Assembly (NCBI GenBank): GCA_963169535.1
Contig: CAUJED010000043.1
Span: 237 to 64,236 of the forward strand
DNA: 64,000 nt
Reading direction: 5' to 3'
Origin: Bacteroidota bacterium
GTDB lineage: Bacteria > Bacteroidota > Bacteroidia > Flavobacteriales_F > PHOS-HE28
Below are positions 53,481 to 61,871 of this stretch, piece by piece; the stretch's first letter is position 1; every line of letters starts with the position of its first letter. The notes below the pieces were generated by a model. That model ran no database searches, had not been told where the DNA came from, and saw only the letters and a list, made by a program, of their open reading frames with translations. The position numbers and the translations under genes were made by a program.

Positions 53481-54698
53481 TCAGGCTTCGTCCAAGCCCA
53501 GGTGGTGACCCAGTTTGCGCTTCTTGGTCAACAGGTATTTCCGGTTGTGTGCGTTCGCCGGGATCTCGATCGGCAGGTTCTCCACGATCTCCAGCCCATA
53601 GCCCACGAGCCCGGTGCGCTTTCGCGGGTTGTTGGTGAGCAGCCGCATCTTGCGCACGCCAAGGTCATGCAGGATCTGGGCCCCAACACCATAATCGCGG
53701 GAGTCCATGTCGAAGCCGAGCATCAGGTTGGCCTCTACCGTATCGGCCCCTTGTTCTTGGAGCTTGTACGCTTTCAACTTGTTCAATAGCCCGATCCCCC
53801 GGCCTTCTTGCTGCATGTACAGGATCACTCCACGGCCTTCTCGCTCCACCAGTTCCATGGCATGGTGCAACTGGGGGCCACAATCGCAACGGCACGATCC
53901 GAAGATGTCGCCCGTTACACAGGAGGAATGCACCCGCACCAATACGGGATCCTCCGGGGTCCATGTCCCTTTCACCAAGGCCAGGTGCTCTTCGCCGGAA
54001 GTATGCTGCCGGAAGGCGATCAGCCGGAAATCGCCATGGTCCGTGGGAAGCTGTACTTCCACCTCGCGCTCCACTAACCGTTCGGTGCGCATGCGGTAGG
54101 CCACCAGGTCCTCGATGCTGATCAGCTTGAGGTTGAACCGCCGGGCGATCTCCCGCAATTCGGGCAGCCGGGCCATGGAGCCATCGTCGTTCAGGATCTC
54201 CACGATCACTCCGGCCGGCTCGAAGCCCGCCAGACGGGCAAGGTCCACCGCTGCCTCGGTATGCCCTGTGCGGCGGAGCACCCCCCCGTTCTGCGCCTTC
54301 AGCGGGAAGATGTGGCCGGGGCGGGCCAGGTCTTCGCCTCGGGTGGAGGGGTCGATCAGGGCCAGCATGGTCTGCGACCGGTCCGCCGCGCTGATGCCGG
54401 TGGTGGTGCCCCGCCCTTTCACGTCCACGCTCACGGTGAAGGGGGTTTCGTGCAACGCCGTGTTGTCGCGCACCATCAGGTCCAGCCCCAATTCTTCGCA
54501 ACGTGCTTCGGTGAGGGGAGCGCAGATCAACCCACGCCCATGCTTGGCCATGAAGTTGATCACCTCAGGGGTCGCGTTCCGGGCTGCGGTGAGGAAGTCG
54601 CCTTCATTCTCCCGATCCTCATCATCCACCACGATCACCACTTCGCCTGCCCGGATGGCTGCGATCGCGTCCTCGATACGGTCAAGTCCCTTTTCCAT
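53481..54698 (-). CDS. ribBA: Bifunctional 3,4-dihydroxy-2-butanone-4-phosphate synthase / GTP cyclohydrolase II
   Basis: [13 protein letters not shown] (RibB) and [24 protein letters not shown] (RibA zinc site); 405 aa. Confidence 0.96.
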   Translation of the reverse strand: MEKGLDRIEDAIAAIRAGEVVIVVDDEDRENEGDFLTAARNATPEVINFMAKHGRGLICAPLTEARCEELGLDLMVRDNTALHETPFTVSVDVKGRGTTTGISAADRSQTMLALIDPSTRGEDLARPGHIFPLKAQNGGVLRRTGHTEAAVDLARLAGFEPAGVIVEILNDDGSMARLPELREIARRFNLKLISIEDLVAYRMRTERLVEREVEVQLPTDHGDFRLIAFRQHTSGEEHLALVKGTWTPEDPVLVRVHSSCVTGDIFGSCRCDCGPQLHHAMELVEREGRGVILYMQQEGRGIGLLNKLKAYKLQEQGADTVEANLMLGFDMDSRDYGVGAQILHDLGVRKMRLLTNNPRKRTGLVGYGLEIVENLPIEIPANAHNRKYLLTKKRKLGHHLGLDEA

Positions 54699-54716
54699 GG
54701 TTCACCGGATGGGCCG

Positions 54717-54724
54717 CGAAGTTA
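54717..54724 (-). promoter_or_regulatory. Variant -7 box TAACTTCG before ribBA
   Basis: Minus strand, 19 nt before ATG 54698. Overlaps the stop codon of the upstream GT4 gene. Confidence 0.35.
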
Positions 54725-55918
54725 CGGCGCGGCGACCCGGGCCGTGGTCGCCAGTGTCAGCAAACGCTCCAGGTCATTCGCACTATGGTCCCAGTTGAAC
54801 TGGTTCCGCACGAACCGGAAGCCTTCTTCGGCCAGGCGCTCACGTTCGGTGTGGTCATCCAGAAGCCGCAGGATGTGCGTGGCGTATTCCTGCGGTGTTC
54901 GCCCAAGCAGGATGCTGCGACCAGGAGCGGCCTGCACAGCGTTGTTGGCCAGGGCACTGGTCACGCAGGGGATCCGCATGGCCATGGCTTCGAGGAGTTT
55001 GTTCTGCAGGCCGGTACCGATCTGCATGGGGGCCACGAAGATCCGCGCCGAGGCGTACGAGTTGCGGATGTCCTTCACCCAGCCGCTCACCACGATCCGT
55101 GGGTCTCGTCGGGCCAGGTCTTTCACTTCTGCGCTTGGGTCCACCCCGGAGATCAGCAGGGTGGTCGCCGGGCGCTGCGCGTACACCAACGGCAATACCT
55201 TGTGCACCAGGTATATGACGCTGTCGATGTTCGGCGGATAGTTCATGTTCCCGGTGAACACCAGGTCGTACTTCTTCTCGTTCTCCTGGGGCGAGAAATG
55301 CTCCGTATCCACACCGTTGGGGATCACTTTCACCTGGTCGCGCAAGGGGTGATACAGGTATTCACGGTCCTGTGCACTGATGATCACCGAAGCGTCGAAC
55401 AGGTCGAACATCAGGTTCTCGTAACGGATCAGGCGACGCGTTTCCGCTTGAAGGATCGGTCGCAGGTACAAAGGGGCATTGCGGGTCCGCCGTTCCATGC
55501 CTTTGGACAGCGTGTCCATGTAGTCCAGGGTCTTCGGAAGGGTGGGGTGGTTGCGCACCAGTTCCGTGGTCCGCACCAATTGGCAGAGCACATGGTCCGG
55601 TGCATGGTCACGGATCAGCCGGTCCACCGCGCGTTGTGCCGATGCATGGTTGAAATAGGCGACTTGGAACGGGAGGCGTGAGAAGAGCGCGGCACCCAAT
55701 TTCAGCACGATCCGCCAGCGAGGGACCCGTACCACTTCGATGTGCGAACAGAACGCCCGCAGATGGGCCACATGTTCGGCAGGTGTGGGACCGTCGCTCA
55801 GGCAGCACAGGATGATCTCGTGCTTGCGCGCCAGCCGGGTCACCAGGTGGTATGCCCTTAGCTTATCTCCCTTCTCCAGAGGGTACGGCACACGGGAAAG
55901 GAGCACCAACAACTTCAT
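54722..55918 (-). CDS. Glycosyltransferase family 4 (GT-B, Glycos_transf_1)
   Basis: MKLLVLLSRVPYPLEKGDKLRAYH N-domain. C-domain FVAPMQIGTGLQNKLLEAMAMRIPCV (E-x7-E type motif). Confidence 0.88.
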   Translation of the reverse strand: MKLLVLLSRVPYPLEKGDKLRAYHLVTRLARKHEIILCCLSDGPTPAEHVAHLRAFCSHIEVVRVPRWRIVLKLGAALFSRLPFQVAYFNHASAQRAVDRLIRDHAPDHVLCQLVRTTELVRNHPTLPKTLDYMDTLSKGMERRTRNAPLYLRPILQAETRRLIRYENLMFDLFDASVIISAQDREYLYHPLRDQVKVIPNGVDTEHFSPQENEKKYDLVFTGNMNYPPNIDSVIYLVHKVLPLVYAQRPATTLLISGVDPSAEVKDLARRDPRIVVSGWVKDIRNSYASARIFVAPMQIGTGLQNKLLEAMAMRIPCVTSALANNAVQAAPGRSILLGRTPQEYATHILRLLDDHTERERLAEEGFRFVRNQFNWDHSANDLERLLTLATTARVAAP

Positions 55919-57120
55919 GCCTTCACTAACCGTTGGTACAGGTCCAGCAGGTCTTGTACGGTGTTCCGGATGGAGTACCGGGACTCGATCAGGCTGCGGG
56001 CCTCCTGCCCCAACATGCGCATGTAGTCCGGCGCTTCGTCCAGTGCGATGATGTGCTTGGCGAATTCGGTCGCGCTCTGCCCCAGGAGGATGTTCAGCCC
56101 CTCCGTGTATTCGATGCCTTCGGCGCCGATGGGCGTGGAGATCACCGGCTTGCCCATGGCCATGCCTTCGATGATCTTAACCCGCATGCCACCGGCGGAG
56201 AATAAGGGAACCACCATCACCTGGCGGTCCCGCATGAACGTTTGTGCGCTTTTCACCCGGCCTCGGATCCGTACGCCGGGCACTTCTTTCCGCAGGAGGT
56301 TCTCGGGCATTTTGTTGCCCGCCAGATCAAGGCGAGCGTGGGGGCGCTGGGCCAATACTTTGGGCCACACTTCGTCCAATAACCAATGTACGCCTTCCTC
56401 GTTCGGTAGCCAATCCATGCTCCCTAAGTGGAAGAAGGTGATCTTACCACCTCGGGGCTGCTCCTCCACTTCGTACTCGGAAGGGTCCAGTGCGAAGGGC
56501 ACGGTGACGATGGGCGTTCGGGTACCGTGGTCGGCGAAATGCGCCGCATCCGATGGACTGATGGCCACTACCGCATCCACACGGTCCAACACGGCCATCT
56601 CATAATCCTGGAGTTGCTTGGCCAGGAATTTCCGGTACGGACGCTTCAGGATGTTCTTCTCGCCGATCGCCAGTCGACCTTGGATCACGTGTTCCAGGTT
56701 GTGTGAACGCAGTACGATCGGAGCCTTGGAGTACCGTCTGATCGTGGCGATGTACGGGGTCATGAACAGGCTCTCCAACTGGACCAGATCAAAGGAGCTC
56801 TCGGAAAGGAGCCGGATCAACCGGATGTCCACGTCGGGGGAGAAGAACCGGCTGATGTTGTAGTTGTCCGCGGTCAACAGGTCGGTGAAGGCGTCCACCA
56901 CGTTCACGCTCGTGTCCACGAACACTCCTTCGATCCCGGTCCGCTGGCGATGGTCCGCCGGTATCTGTTCGAGATCCAGGCTGTTCTTCGGGGTGCTGAT
57001 GCACAACACCTTCACCTCATGTCCGGCGTCGAGCAGGCCACGGGTCAGGTTATGCATCGCCTTACTCCCCCCATCGATGGGCGGGTAGGGCGGCTTGTTA
57101 CACAGCTGAAGAATGCGCAT
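55915..57120 (-). CDS. Glycosyltransferase family 4 (GT-B)
   Basis: ATG 57120: MRILQLCNKPPYPPIDGGSKAMHN. C-domain VVPLFSAGGMRVKIIEGMAMGKPVIST. ATGA overlap with the downstream GT4. Confidence 0.88.
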   Translation of the reverse strand: MRILQLCNKPPYPPIDGGSKAMHNLTRGLLDAGHEVKVLCISTPKNSLDLEQIPADHRQRTGIEGVFVDTSVNVVDAFTDLLTADNYNISRFFSPDVDIRLIRLLSESSFDLVQLESLFMTPYIATIRRYSKAPIVLRSHNLEHVIQGRLAIGEKNILKRPYRKFLAKQLQDYEMAVLDRVDAVVAISPSDAAHFADHGTRTPIVTVPFALDPSEYEVEEQPRGGKITFFHLGSMDWLPNEEGVHWLLDEVWPKVLAQRPHARLDLAGNKMPENLLRKEVPGVRIRGRVKSAQTFMRDRQVMVVPLFSAGGMRVKIIEGMAMGKPVISTPIGAEGIEYTEGLNILLGQSATEFAKHIIALDEAPDYMRMLGQEARSLIESRYSIRNTVQDLLDLYQRLVKA

Positions 57121-58540
57121 GATCGCGACGGAACAAGGAACGGAACCGCTCCCAGCCGCGATAATACGCATCGGCGTCGAAGAGGGGGCTGTCCGTGGAG
57201 GCTTTCCAAGTGAGCAGTGCGGCCATGGGGATCAGGACCATGGTGCTGATCCACATGCCCGGCCACGCCGGGAACGCTCCGGAGATCACGAGCTTCTCCG
57301 TGGAGAAGGAGACGATGTGGAAGATCAGGAAGAAGATGATGGCGAACACCACCGGAAGGCCCATCCCACCCTTGCGGATGATGGCCCCCAATGGTGCGCC
57401 GATGAAGAAGAACACCAGACAGGCCACGGCGAGCATGCGCTTCCGGTGCCATTCCAACTGGAATCGTGCCAGCTGTTCTTCCCGGCCTTGGCGCTCGGAA
57501 TCGTACCGCTCAATGGCCGACAGGTTATTGCGCACCATGTTCATGGCCACATCGAAGAGGTTGGCCCGTTGGATCGGATCCATCCGGGGCTCGGGATCCA
57601 TGCGCTCGCCCGGAGCCGTCCAGGTGGGCAGGCTTTTCTCCGGTCGGGTGATCGCAAGGCTGTTGGCGAGGTATTTCCGCTGTTCCTCCAAGCGTTCTTG
57701 ATATTGTTTCCGCAGGCTGTCCTCCACCGCTTGGAGCTGGCCCGACGACATCATTTTGTAGTGTGCTTTGAACAGGTCCTTGTCCGTTCGGTCCAACCCC
57801 AGCCCGGAGAGGTCGAGCCGTATCTCGTCATCCGCGAAGGTGCCGCGCATCATGGGGTATTGCCCGCGGTTCCCAGTTGCCGAATGCTCATCGTAGAAGT
57901 GGCCGTCCTGCAGGTGCAACAGCAGGTAGTGGCCGTCCGTGCTGCGCTGCATGGTGCCCGTGCGGGCCCGCACCACCGTGCGGTTGCCTTGGAATTGAGC
58001 ACGATGGTCGTAGATCAATACATCGTGCAAGGTGCCCGTGTTCGCATCCTTGTCCATGGCCCTGATGCTGAAGCCCTCGATGCCGTTGTAGAAGATGCCC
58101 GGAAGCAGGTTCATGGTGGGCTTCTTGCGTGTCACGTCCCAGAGCAAGGAATGGAAGCGCAGGTTGGCCACGGGCAGTACGTTGTTGCTGAAGAAGTACG
58201 AGGCCAGCGACAGGCCAGAAACGAAGACCACCAAGGGAAGTATTATCCTGAACAGCCCCATGCCCGCGGATCGCATGGGTACCAGTTCACTGTTCTCTCC
58301 CAGGCCACCCAGGGTCATGATGCTCGATAGCAGGATGGCCAGGGGGAGCGCCAGAGGAACGAAACTCGCGGTGGCATAGGTCATCAGTTCCAAGAGCACG
58401 TACCACTCCAGGCCCTTGCCCATCAGGTCGTCCACATACTTCCAGAGGAATTGCATCACCAAGATGAACAACACGATCACGAACGTGATGAACAATGGCC
58501 CGGCGAAGGCCCGTATGATCATGCGGTGCAGACGTCTCAT
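57098..58540 (-). CDS. LptF/LptG-family (YjgP/YjgQ) LPS export permease
   Basis: ATG 58540: MRRLHRMIIRAFAGPLFITFVIVLFILVMQFLWKYVDDLMGKGL. Large periplasmic loop and C-terminal TM bundle. Confidence 0.85.
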   Translation of the reverse strand: MRRLHRMIIRAFAGPLFITFVIVLFILVMQFLWKYVDDLMGKGLEWYVLLELMTYATASFVPLALPLAILLSSIMTLGGLGENSELVPMRSAGMGLFRIILPLVVFVSGLSLASYFFSNNVLPVANLRFHSLLWDVTRKKPTMNLLPGIFYNGIEGFSIRAMDKDANTGTLHDVLIYDHRAQFQGNRTVVRARTGTMQRSTDGHYLLLHLQDGHFYDEHSATGNRGQYPMMRGTFADDEIRLDLSGLGLDRTDKDLFKAHYKMMSSGQLQAVEDSLRKQYQERLEEQRKYLANSLAITRPEKSLPTWTAPGERMDPEPRMDPIQRANLFDVAMNMVRNNLSAIERYDSERQGREEQLARFQLEWHRKRMLAVACLVFFFIGAPLGAIIRKGGMGLPVVFAIIFFLIFHIVSFSTEKLVISGAFPAWPGMWISTMVLIPMAALLTWKASTDSPLFDADAYYRGWERFRSLFRRDHAHSSAV

Positions 58541-58578
58541 CCCGGAGGGGCGGATGCCGCAAAGTTCCGTATCCTGGA

Positions 58579-59484
58579 TCAGGCGCCGAGCACCCGGCTC
58601 AAGGTTTCGATCTGCGAGGTCCAGAGGTTGCGTGTTTCCTCCACCTCGTCCGGCCAAGCGTGATCGGTCACCACCAGACACACCTCGTTGGTCATGGCAT
58701 CGATCCGTACCCGGAATTCGAAGAATGCCTCCGGGTCGTCGTCGTCGTTGCGCCGGAATCGGATCACTTCGCCCAATTTGCGGCCGATCATCGTAGTGGC
58801 CTCACGTTCACCGTCCCAGATGAAGGTGTACTGATCTCCACGCACATCCACATCCTGGCAGTACCATTCGCTGAATCCACTGGGTGTGCTCAGCAGGTCG
58901 TACAAGGCGTTCGGACTACTGTTCAGGTAGAACTCCATCATCACCCGTTCCTTCGCCGGACGCTTCTTCACAGGCGCGGCGGTGGGGGTAGCCTTGGGTG
59001 CTGGTGCCGGGGCGGGGGCGGGGCGGGGGGCTGGTGCGGGGGGCGCGGGTGATGCCTTCGGTGCCGGAGGAGCAGGTCGGACCACCTTGGTCTTGGGAGC
59101 TTGCTTCTTCGCGCGGCTCGGCTCGGCGATCCTTCGCGCCGGTGCCTTGGTGATCACCTTTTTCGCTGCCGCTTTTTTTACCACCGACTTCTTCACGACT
59201 GCCTTCTGCGCTGCGGCCTTCTTTGCCGCAGGCTTGCTTTGAGCGGTCTTGCCGACCACCTTCCGGGGAGCCGTTCGGGTCGCTGGAAGGGCCGCCTTCT
59301 TCGCCACTTTCTTTCCCGCCTTCTTCACCACCTTCGTCGCTGTTCTTTTGGCAGCCGTTGTTCTCGCTTGTGGGGCACCTCCCTTTTTCTTCGCGGGCGT
59401 GGGCTTGGCCTTCTTCACGGAGGTTCTCCCGGCCGGTTTGGTTGGCTTGCGAGCGGCTTTCACAGGACTTTTCTTCTTGGCCAT
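58579..59484 (-). CDS. START-like/SRPBCC-type domain protein with ~175-aa histone-H1-like Lys/Ala/Pro-rich N-terminal tail
   Basis: N-terminus MAKKKSPVKAARKPTKPAGR...AAKKAAAQKAVVKKSVVKKAAAKKV...PAPAPRPAPAPAPAPK. C-terminal ~120 aa FYLNSSPNALYDLLSTPSGFSEWYCQDVDVRGDQYTFIWDGEREATTMIG... Confidence 0.75.
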   Translation of the reverse strand: MAKKKSPVKAARKPTKPAGRTSVKKAKPTPAKKKGGAPQARTTAAKRTATKVVKKAGKKVAKKAALPATRTAPRKVVGKTAQSKPAAKKAAAQKAVVKKSVVKKAAAKKVITKAPARRIAEPSRAKKQAPKTKVVRPAPPAPKASPAPPAPAPRPAPAPAPAPKATPTAAPVKKRPAKERVMMEFYLNSSPNALYDLLSTPSGFSEWYCQDVDVRGDQYTFIWDGEREATTMIGRKLGEVIRFRRNDDDDPEAFFEFRVRIDAMTNEVCLVVTDHAWPDEVEETRNLWTSQIETLSRVLGA

Positions 59485-59586
59485 GGGGTGCTACGGATCA
59501 AAATCGTCGTGCACAAGGTAGAGAAAAGCACTACCCAACCAAATCAAGAGTACCTCCCCACCTGTTCGTGCTGCAGAAGGAACCGC

Positions 59587-59594
59587 TATATTTG
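59587..59594 (+). promoter_or_regulatory. -7 promoter box TATATTTG for tRNA-Met
   Basis: Exact TAnnTTTG, 31 nt upstream of the mature tRNA 5' end. Same 16-mer as the rpsP promoter. Confidence 0.7.
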
Positions 59595-59624
59595 CCGCCC
59601 CGTTGCCTTGAGCAATGGGCGAAC

Positions 59625-59698
59625 GGCGCGGTAGCTCAGCTGGTTAGAGCGCATGATTCATAATCCTGAGGTCGGGAGTTCAAGTCTCCCCCGCGCTA
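59625..59698 (+). tRNA. tRNA with CAT anticodon (elongator Met, or Ile2 if lysidinylated)
   Basis: GGCGCGGTAGCTCAGCTGGTTAGAGCGCATGATTCATAATCCTGAGGTCGGGAGTTCAAGTCTCCCCCGCGCTA. Acceptor GGCGCGG/CCGCGCT (G1-U72 wobble), D arm GCTC...GAGC, anticodon loop TTCATAA, T arm GGGAG-TTCAAGT-CTCCC. Lacks initiator features (no C1xA72, no GGG/CCC anticodon stem). Confidence 0.88.
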
Positions 59699-59702
59699 CA
59701 AG

Positions 59703-59740
59703 AAGGGGTTGTCTCACCGAGACAGCCCCTTCGGACTTTT
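59703..59740 (+). terminator. Hairpin terminator after tRNA-Met
   Basis: ~13-bp stem aaggggttgtctc/gagacagcccctt (one G-U pair), then cggacTTTT. Starts 5 nt after the tRNA. Confidence 0.7.
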
Positions 59741-60236
59741 GGACCACCCTGTGGCGGCAGGTCCCGACCATGGCGGCTCTTTGAAGGGCTTGTTCCCGCC
59801 AGGTGCACCACCGCCCAGGCGAGGAGGAGCGCTGTTCAAGTGCTGTTCGTCCAGATTGGTCGAATTCCGGACCTATCCGTTGGAATGGCACACGAGCGCT
59901 GTATATTCGAAGTATGACCAGTATGAGGCCAACCTCTCGAACTCGCCGATCCCGCGGGAGGGCGATCACTCCGCCGGAGGTGTTCGTGCCCAAACGGGTG
60001 GCCCGTGGACGGAAACCTCATACCATGCAACTTCAGTGGTACGATGGTGCCGGAGAGTTGCAGTATGCTGAATTATCGCCAGCCCAGAGTTGGCCTTACC
60101 TCCGCGAGGGTTGTTAGCGCGCATCTCCGATCGCTTTCAGGAACGAGCGAAGGGTGTTTTTCGCCTACGCCTGGCGGAGGGACCGCACAGGAGCGGCTGG
60201 TTCAGGGTCCTCCAAGGGCATTTTCGCCGTGGCCGC

Positions 60237-60650
60237 TTGGTGCTGCTGGGCATGCTCCTGGCGTGCAGCTGTGGAAATGCGCCCGATACCACGGCCGATG
60301 CGGCCGCGATCAAAGAGGTGCTCGCCATGCAAGAACGGGCCTGGGATCAGGGGGACATCACGCAGTTCATGTCCGGTTACGCTGCCGAGGTCTGCTTCAT
60401 TGGGCGGCGAGGGCGAACGTGTGGTAGGGAGGCCGTGGCACGGAACTACCAGAAGAACTATCCGAATAAGGCCGCCATGGGCGACCTGCGCTTCGAGATC
60501 ACCGAACTCCTGCCAGCAGGTGAAGGCTTTGCCTGGATGACCGGGAATTGGGAGCTCGTGCGTACCGCGGACACGCTTGGTGGTGGCTTCTCCTTGCTCT
60601 GGCAGAAGGGAACGGAGGGTTGGCGCATCTTGCGCGACCATACCTATTGA
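60237..60650 (+). CDS. DUF4440/SnoaL-like (NTF2 superfamily) lipoprotein
   Basis: Track ORF 60090..60650 (TTG). Lipobox LLACSCG. AAIKEVLAMQERAWDQGDITQFMSGYA...WMTGNWELV...GGFSLLWQKGTEGWRILRDHT. Start uncertain: TTG 60237, GTG 60240 or ATG 60252. Confidence 0.7.
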   Translation: MVLLGMLLACSCGNAPDTTADAAAIKEVLAMQERAWDQGDITQFMSGYAAEVCFIGRRGRTCGREAVARNYQKNYPNKAAMGDLRFEITELLPAGEGFAWMTGNWELVRTADTLGGGFSLLWQKGTEGWRILRDHTY

Positions 60651-60713
60651 GGCCCTGATCCTCCATGGCCATGGACCGCTTGGTCGGTCTGAGGGGCGAA
60701 TGCCGCGCGGAGT

Positions 60714-61376
60714 GTGAGCATCCCCCAACAGGCGCTACCTTGCAGCACTATCGTGGCGATAACGCTCACCCTGATCCTCCTGGCGGCGACCGTACTGGTG
60801 TCCATCGCGGCATTCCAGGATCGCAGGGTGTTCGAGGCCCTGCTCTTCAGCCCATACGCTGTACAGCACCGGGGCCAGTGGTACCGTACGTTCACACACG
60901 GGTTCGTCCATGCCGATACCATGCACCTGGTGGTGAACATGTTCGTGCTCTGGTCGTTCGGTAGCAGCGTGGAGGCGCTGTATCCGCTGCTCTCGCCATT
61001 GCCTGGCGGGGTGGTCTTCCTGGTGCTCTACTTGGGAGGCATGCTCTTCGCCACCATCCCCGGCATGGCCAAGCATCGCCACGATCCAAGCTACCGGTCC
61101 GTGGGGGCCAGTGGTGCGGTATCGGCCGTGCTCTTCGCCCAGATCGTGATGTTGCCCACACAGAAGGTGTCCCTGTACTTCATCCAGGAATTACCTGCAT
61201 GGCTCTTCGGTGCGCTCTACCTGGTCTATTCCTATTTCATGGATAAGCGAGGGGAGGATCAGGTGGCGCACGACGCACACTTCTACGGAGCGGTGTTCGG
61301 CGTTCTTTTCACCTTCGTTCTGCATCCTCCACTGCTAACCGATCTTGGGGTGTTGGAACGCTCCCTGGGCATCTGA
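60714..61376 (+). CDS. Rhomboid-family intramembrane serine protease
   Basis: HLVVNMFVLWSFG (HxxxN), catalytic GASGAVSAVLFA (GxSG), and a distal His (AHDAHFYGAVFG). GTG start in the track. Confidence 0.85.
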   Translation: MSIPQQALPCSTIVAITLTLILLAATVLVSIAAFQDRRVFEALLFSPYAVQHRGQWYRTFTHGFVHADTMHLVVNMFVLWSFGSSVEALYPLLSPLPGGVVFLVLYLGGMLFATIPGMAKHRHDPSYRSVGASGAVSAVLFAQIVMLPTQKVSLYFIQELPAWLFGALYLVYSYFMDKRGEDQVAHDAHFYGAVFGVLFTFVLHPPLLTDLGVLERSLGI

Positions 61377-61382
61377 GAACCT

Positions 61383-61871
61383 ATGCGGAAGGGACTGTTT
61401 CTGGACCGTGATGGCGTGATCAATCGCGAGCATGGTGCGCATACCGCCCGGCTGGCCGACTTCGAGGTGCTGCCCGGAGTGCCTGAAGCCATTGCGGCGG
61501 CTGTTGAAGCCGGTTGGTCCGTGGTGGTGATCACCAACCAGAGCGGGATCGATCTGGGCCTGTACGATCACGCTGCCGTACAGCTCATGCACACCGCCCT
61601 GAACGATATCCTCCGGAGCCATCGGGTGGCCTTGACCGATATCTATTACTGTCCGCACCATCCTTCACATGGGAGATGCCTCTGCCGAAAACCAGGAGGC
61701 CTGCTGCTTCAGCGTGCGGCGGCCCGGTACGGGATCGACCTTTCTCGTTCCGTGATGATCGGCGATCGCCAACGCGATGTGGAGGCGGCGGCAGCGGTGG
61801 GGGCCAACGGTATCCTCGTGTCATCGAATACCTCTTTGATGGATACCTTGCGGGCCAACGCTCTGGTATGA
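61383..61871 (+). CDS. gmhB: D-glycero-beta-D-manno-heptose-1,7-bisphosphate 7-phosphatase (HAD-IIIA)
   Basis: LFLDRDGVIN (HAD motif I), VVITNQSG, zinc motif YYCPHHPSHGRCLCRKP, MIGDRQRD. Confidence 0.88.
   Translation: MRKGLFLDRDGVINREHGAHTARLADFEVLPGVPEAIAAAVEAGWSVVVITNQSGIDLGLYDHAAVQLMHTALNDILRSHRVALTDIYYCPHHPSHGRCLCRKPGGLLLQRAAARYGIDLSRSVMIGDRQRDVEAAAAVGANGILVSSNTSLMDTLRANALV

Noticed and set aside
59834-59841. Possible att-site repeat of the tRNA-Met 3' half, suggesting an integrated element
   Set aside because: Only 8 nt (GTTCAAGT) match the T-loop region. There is no integrase, excisionase or other mobile-element gene nearby, which is insufficient for an att call.
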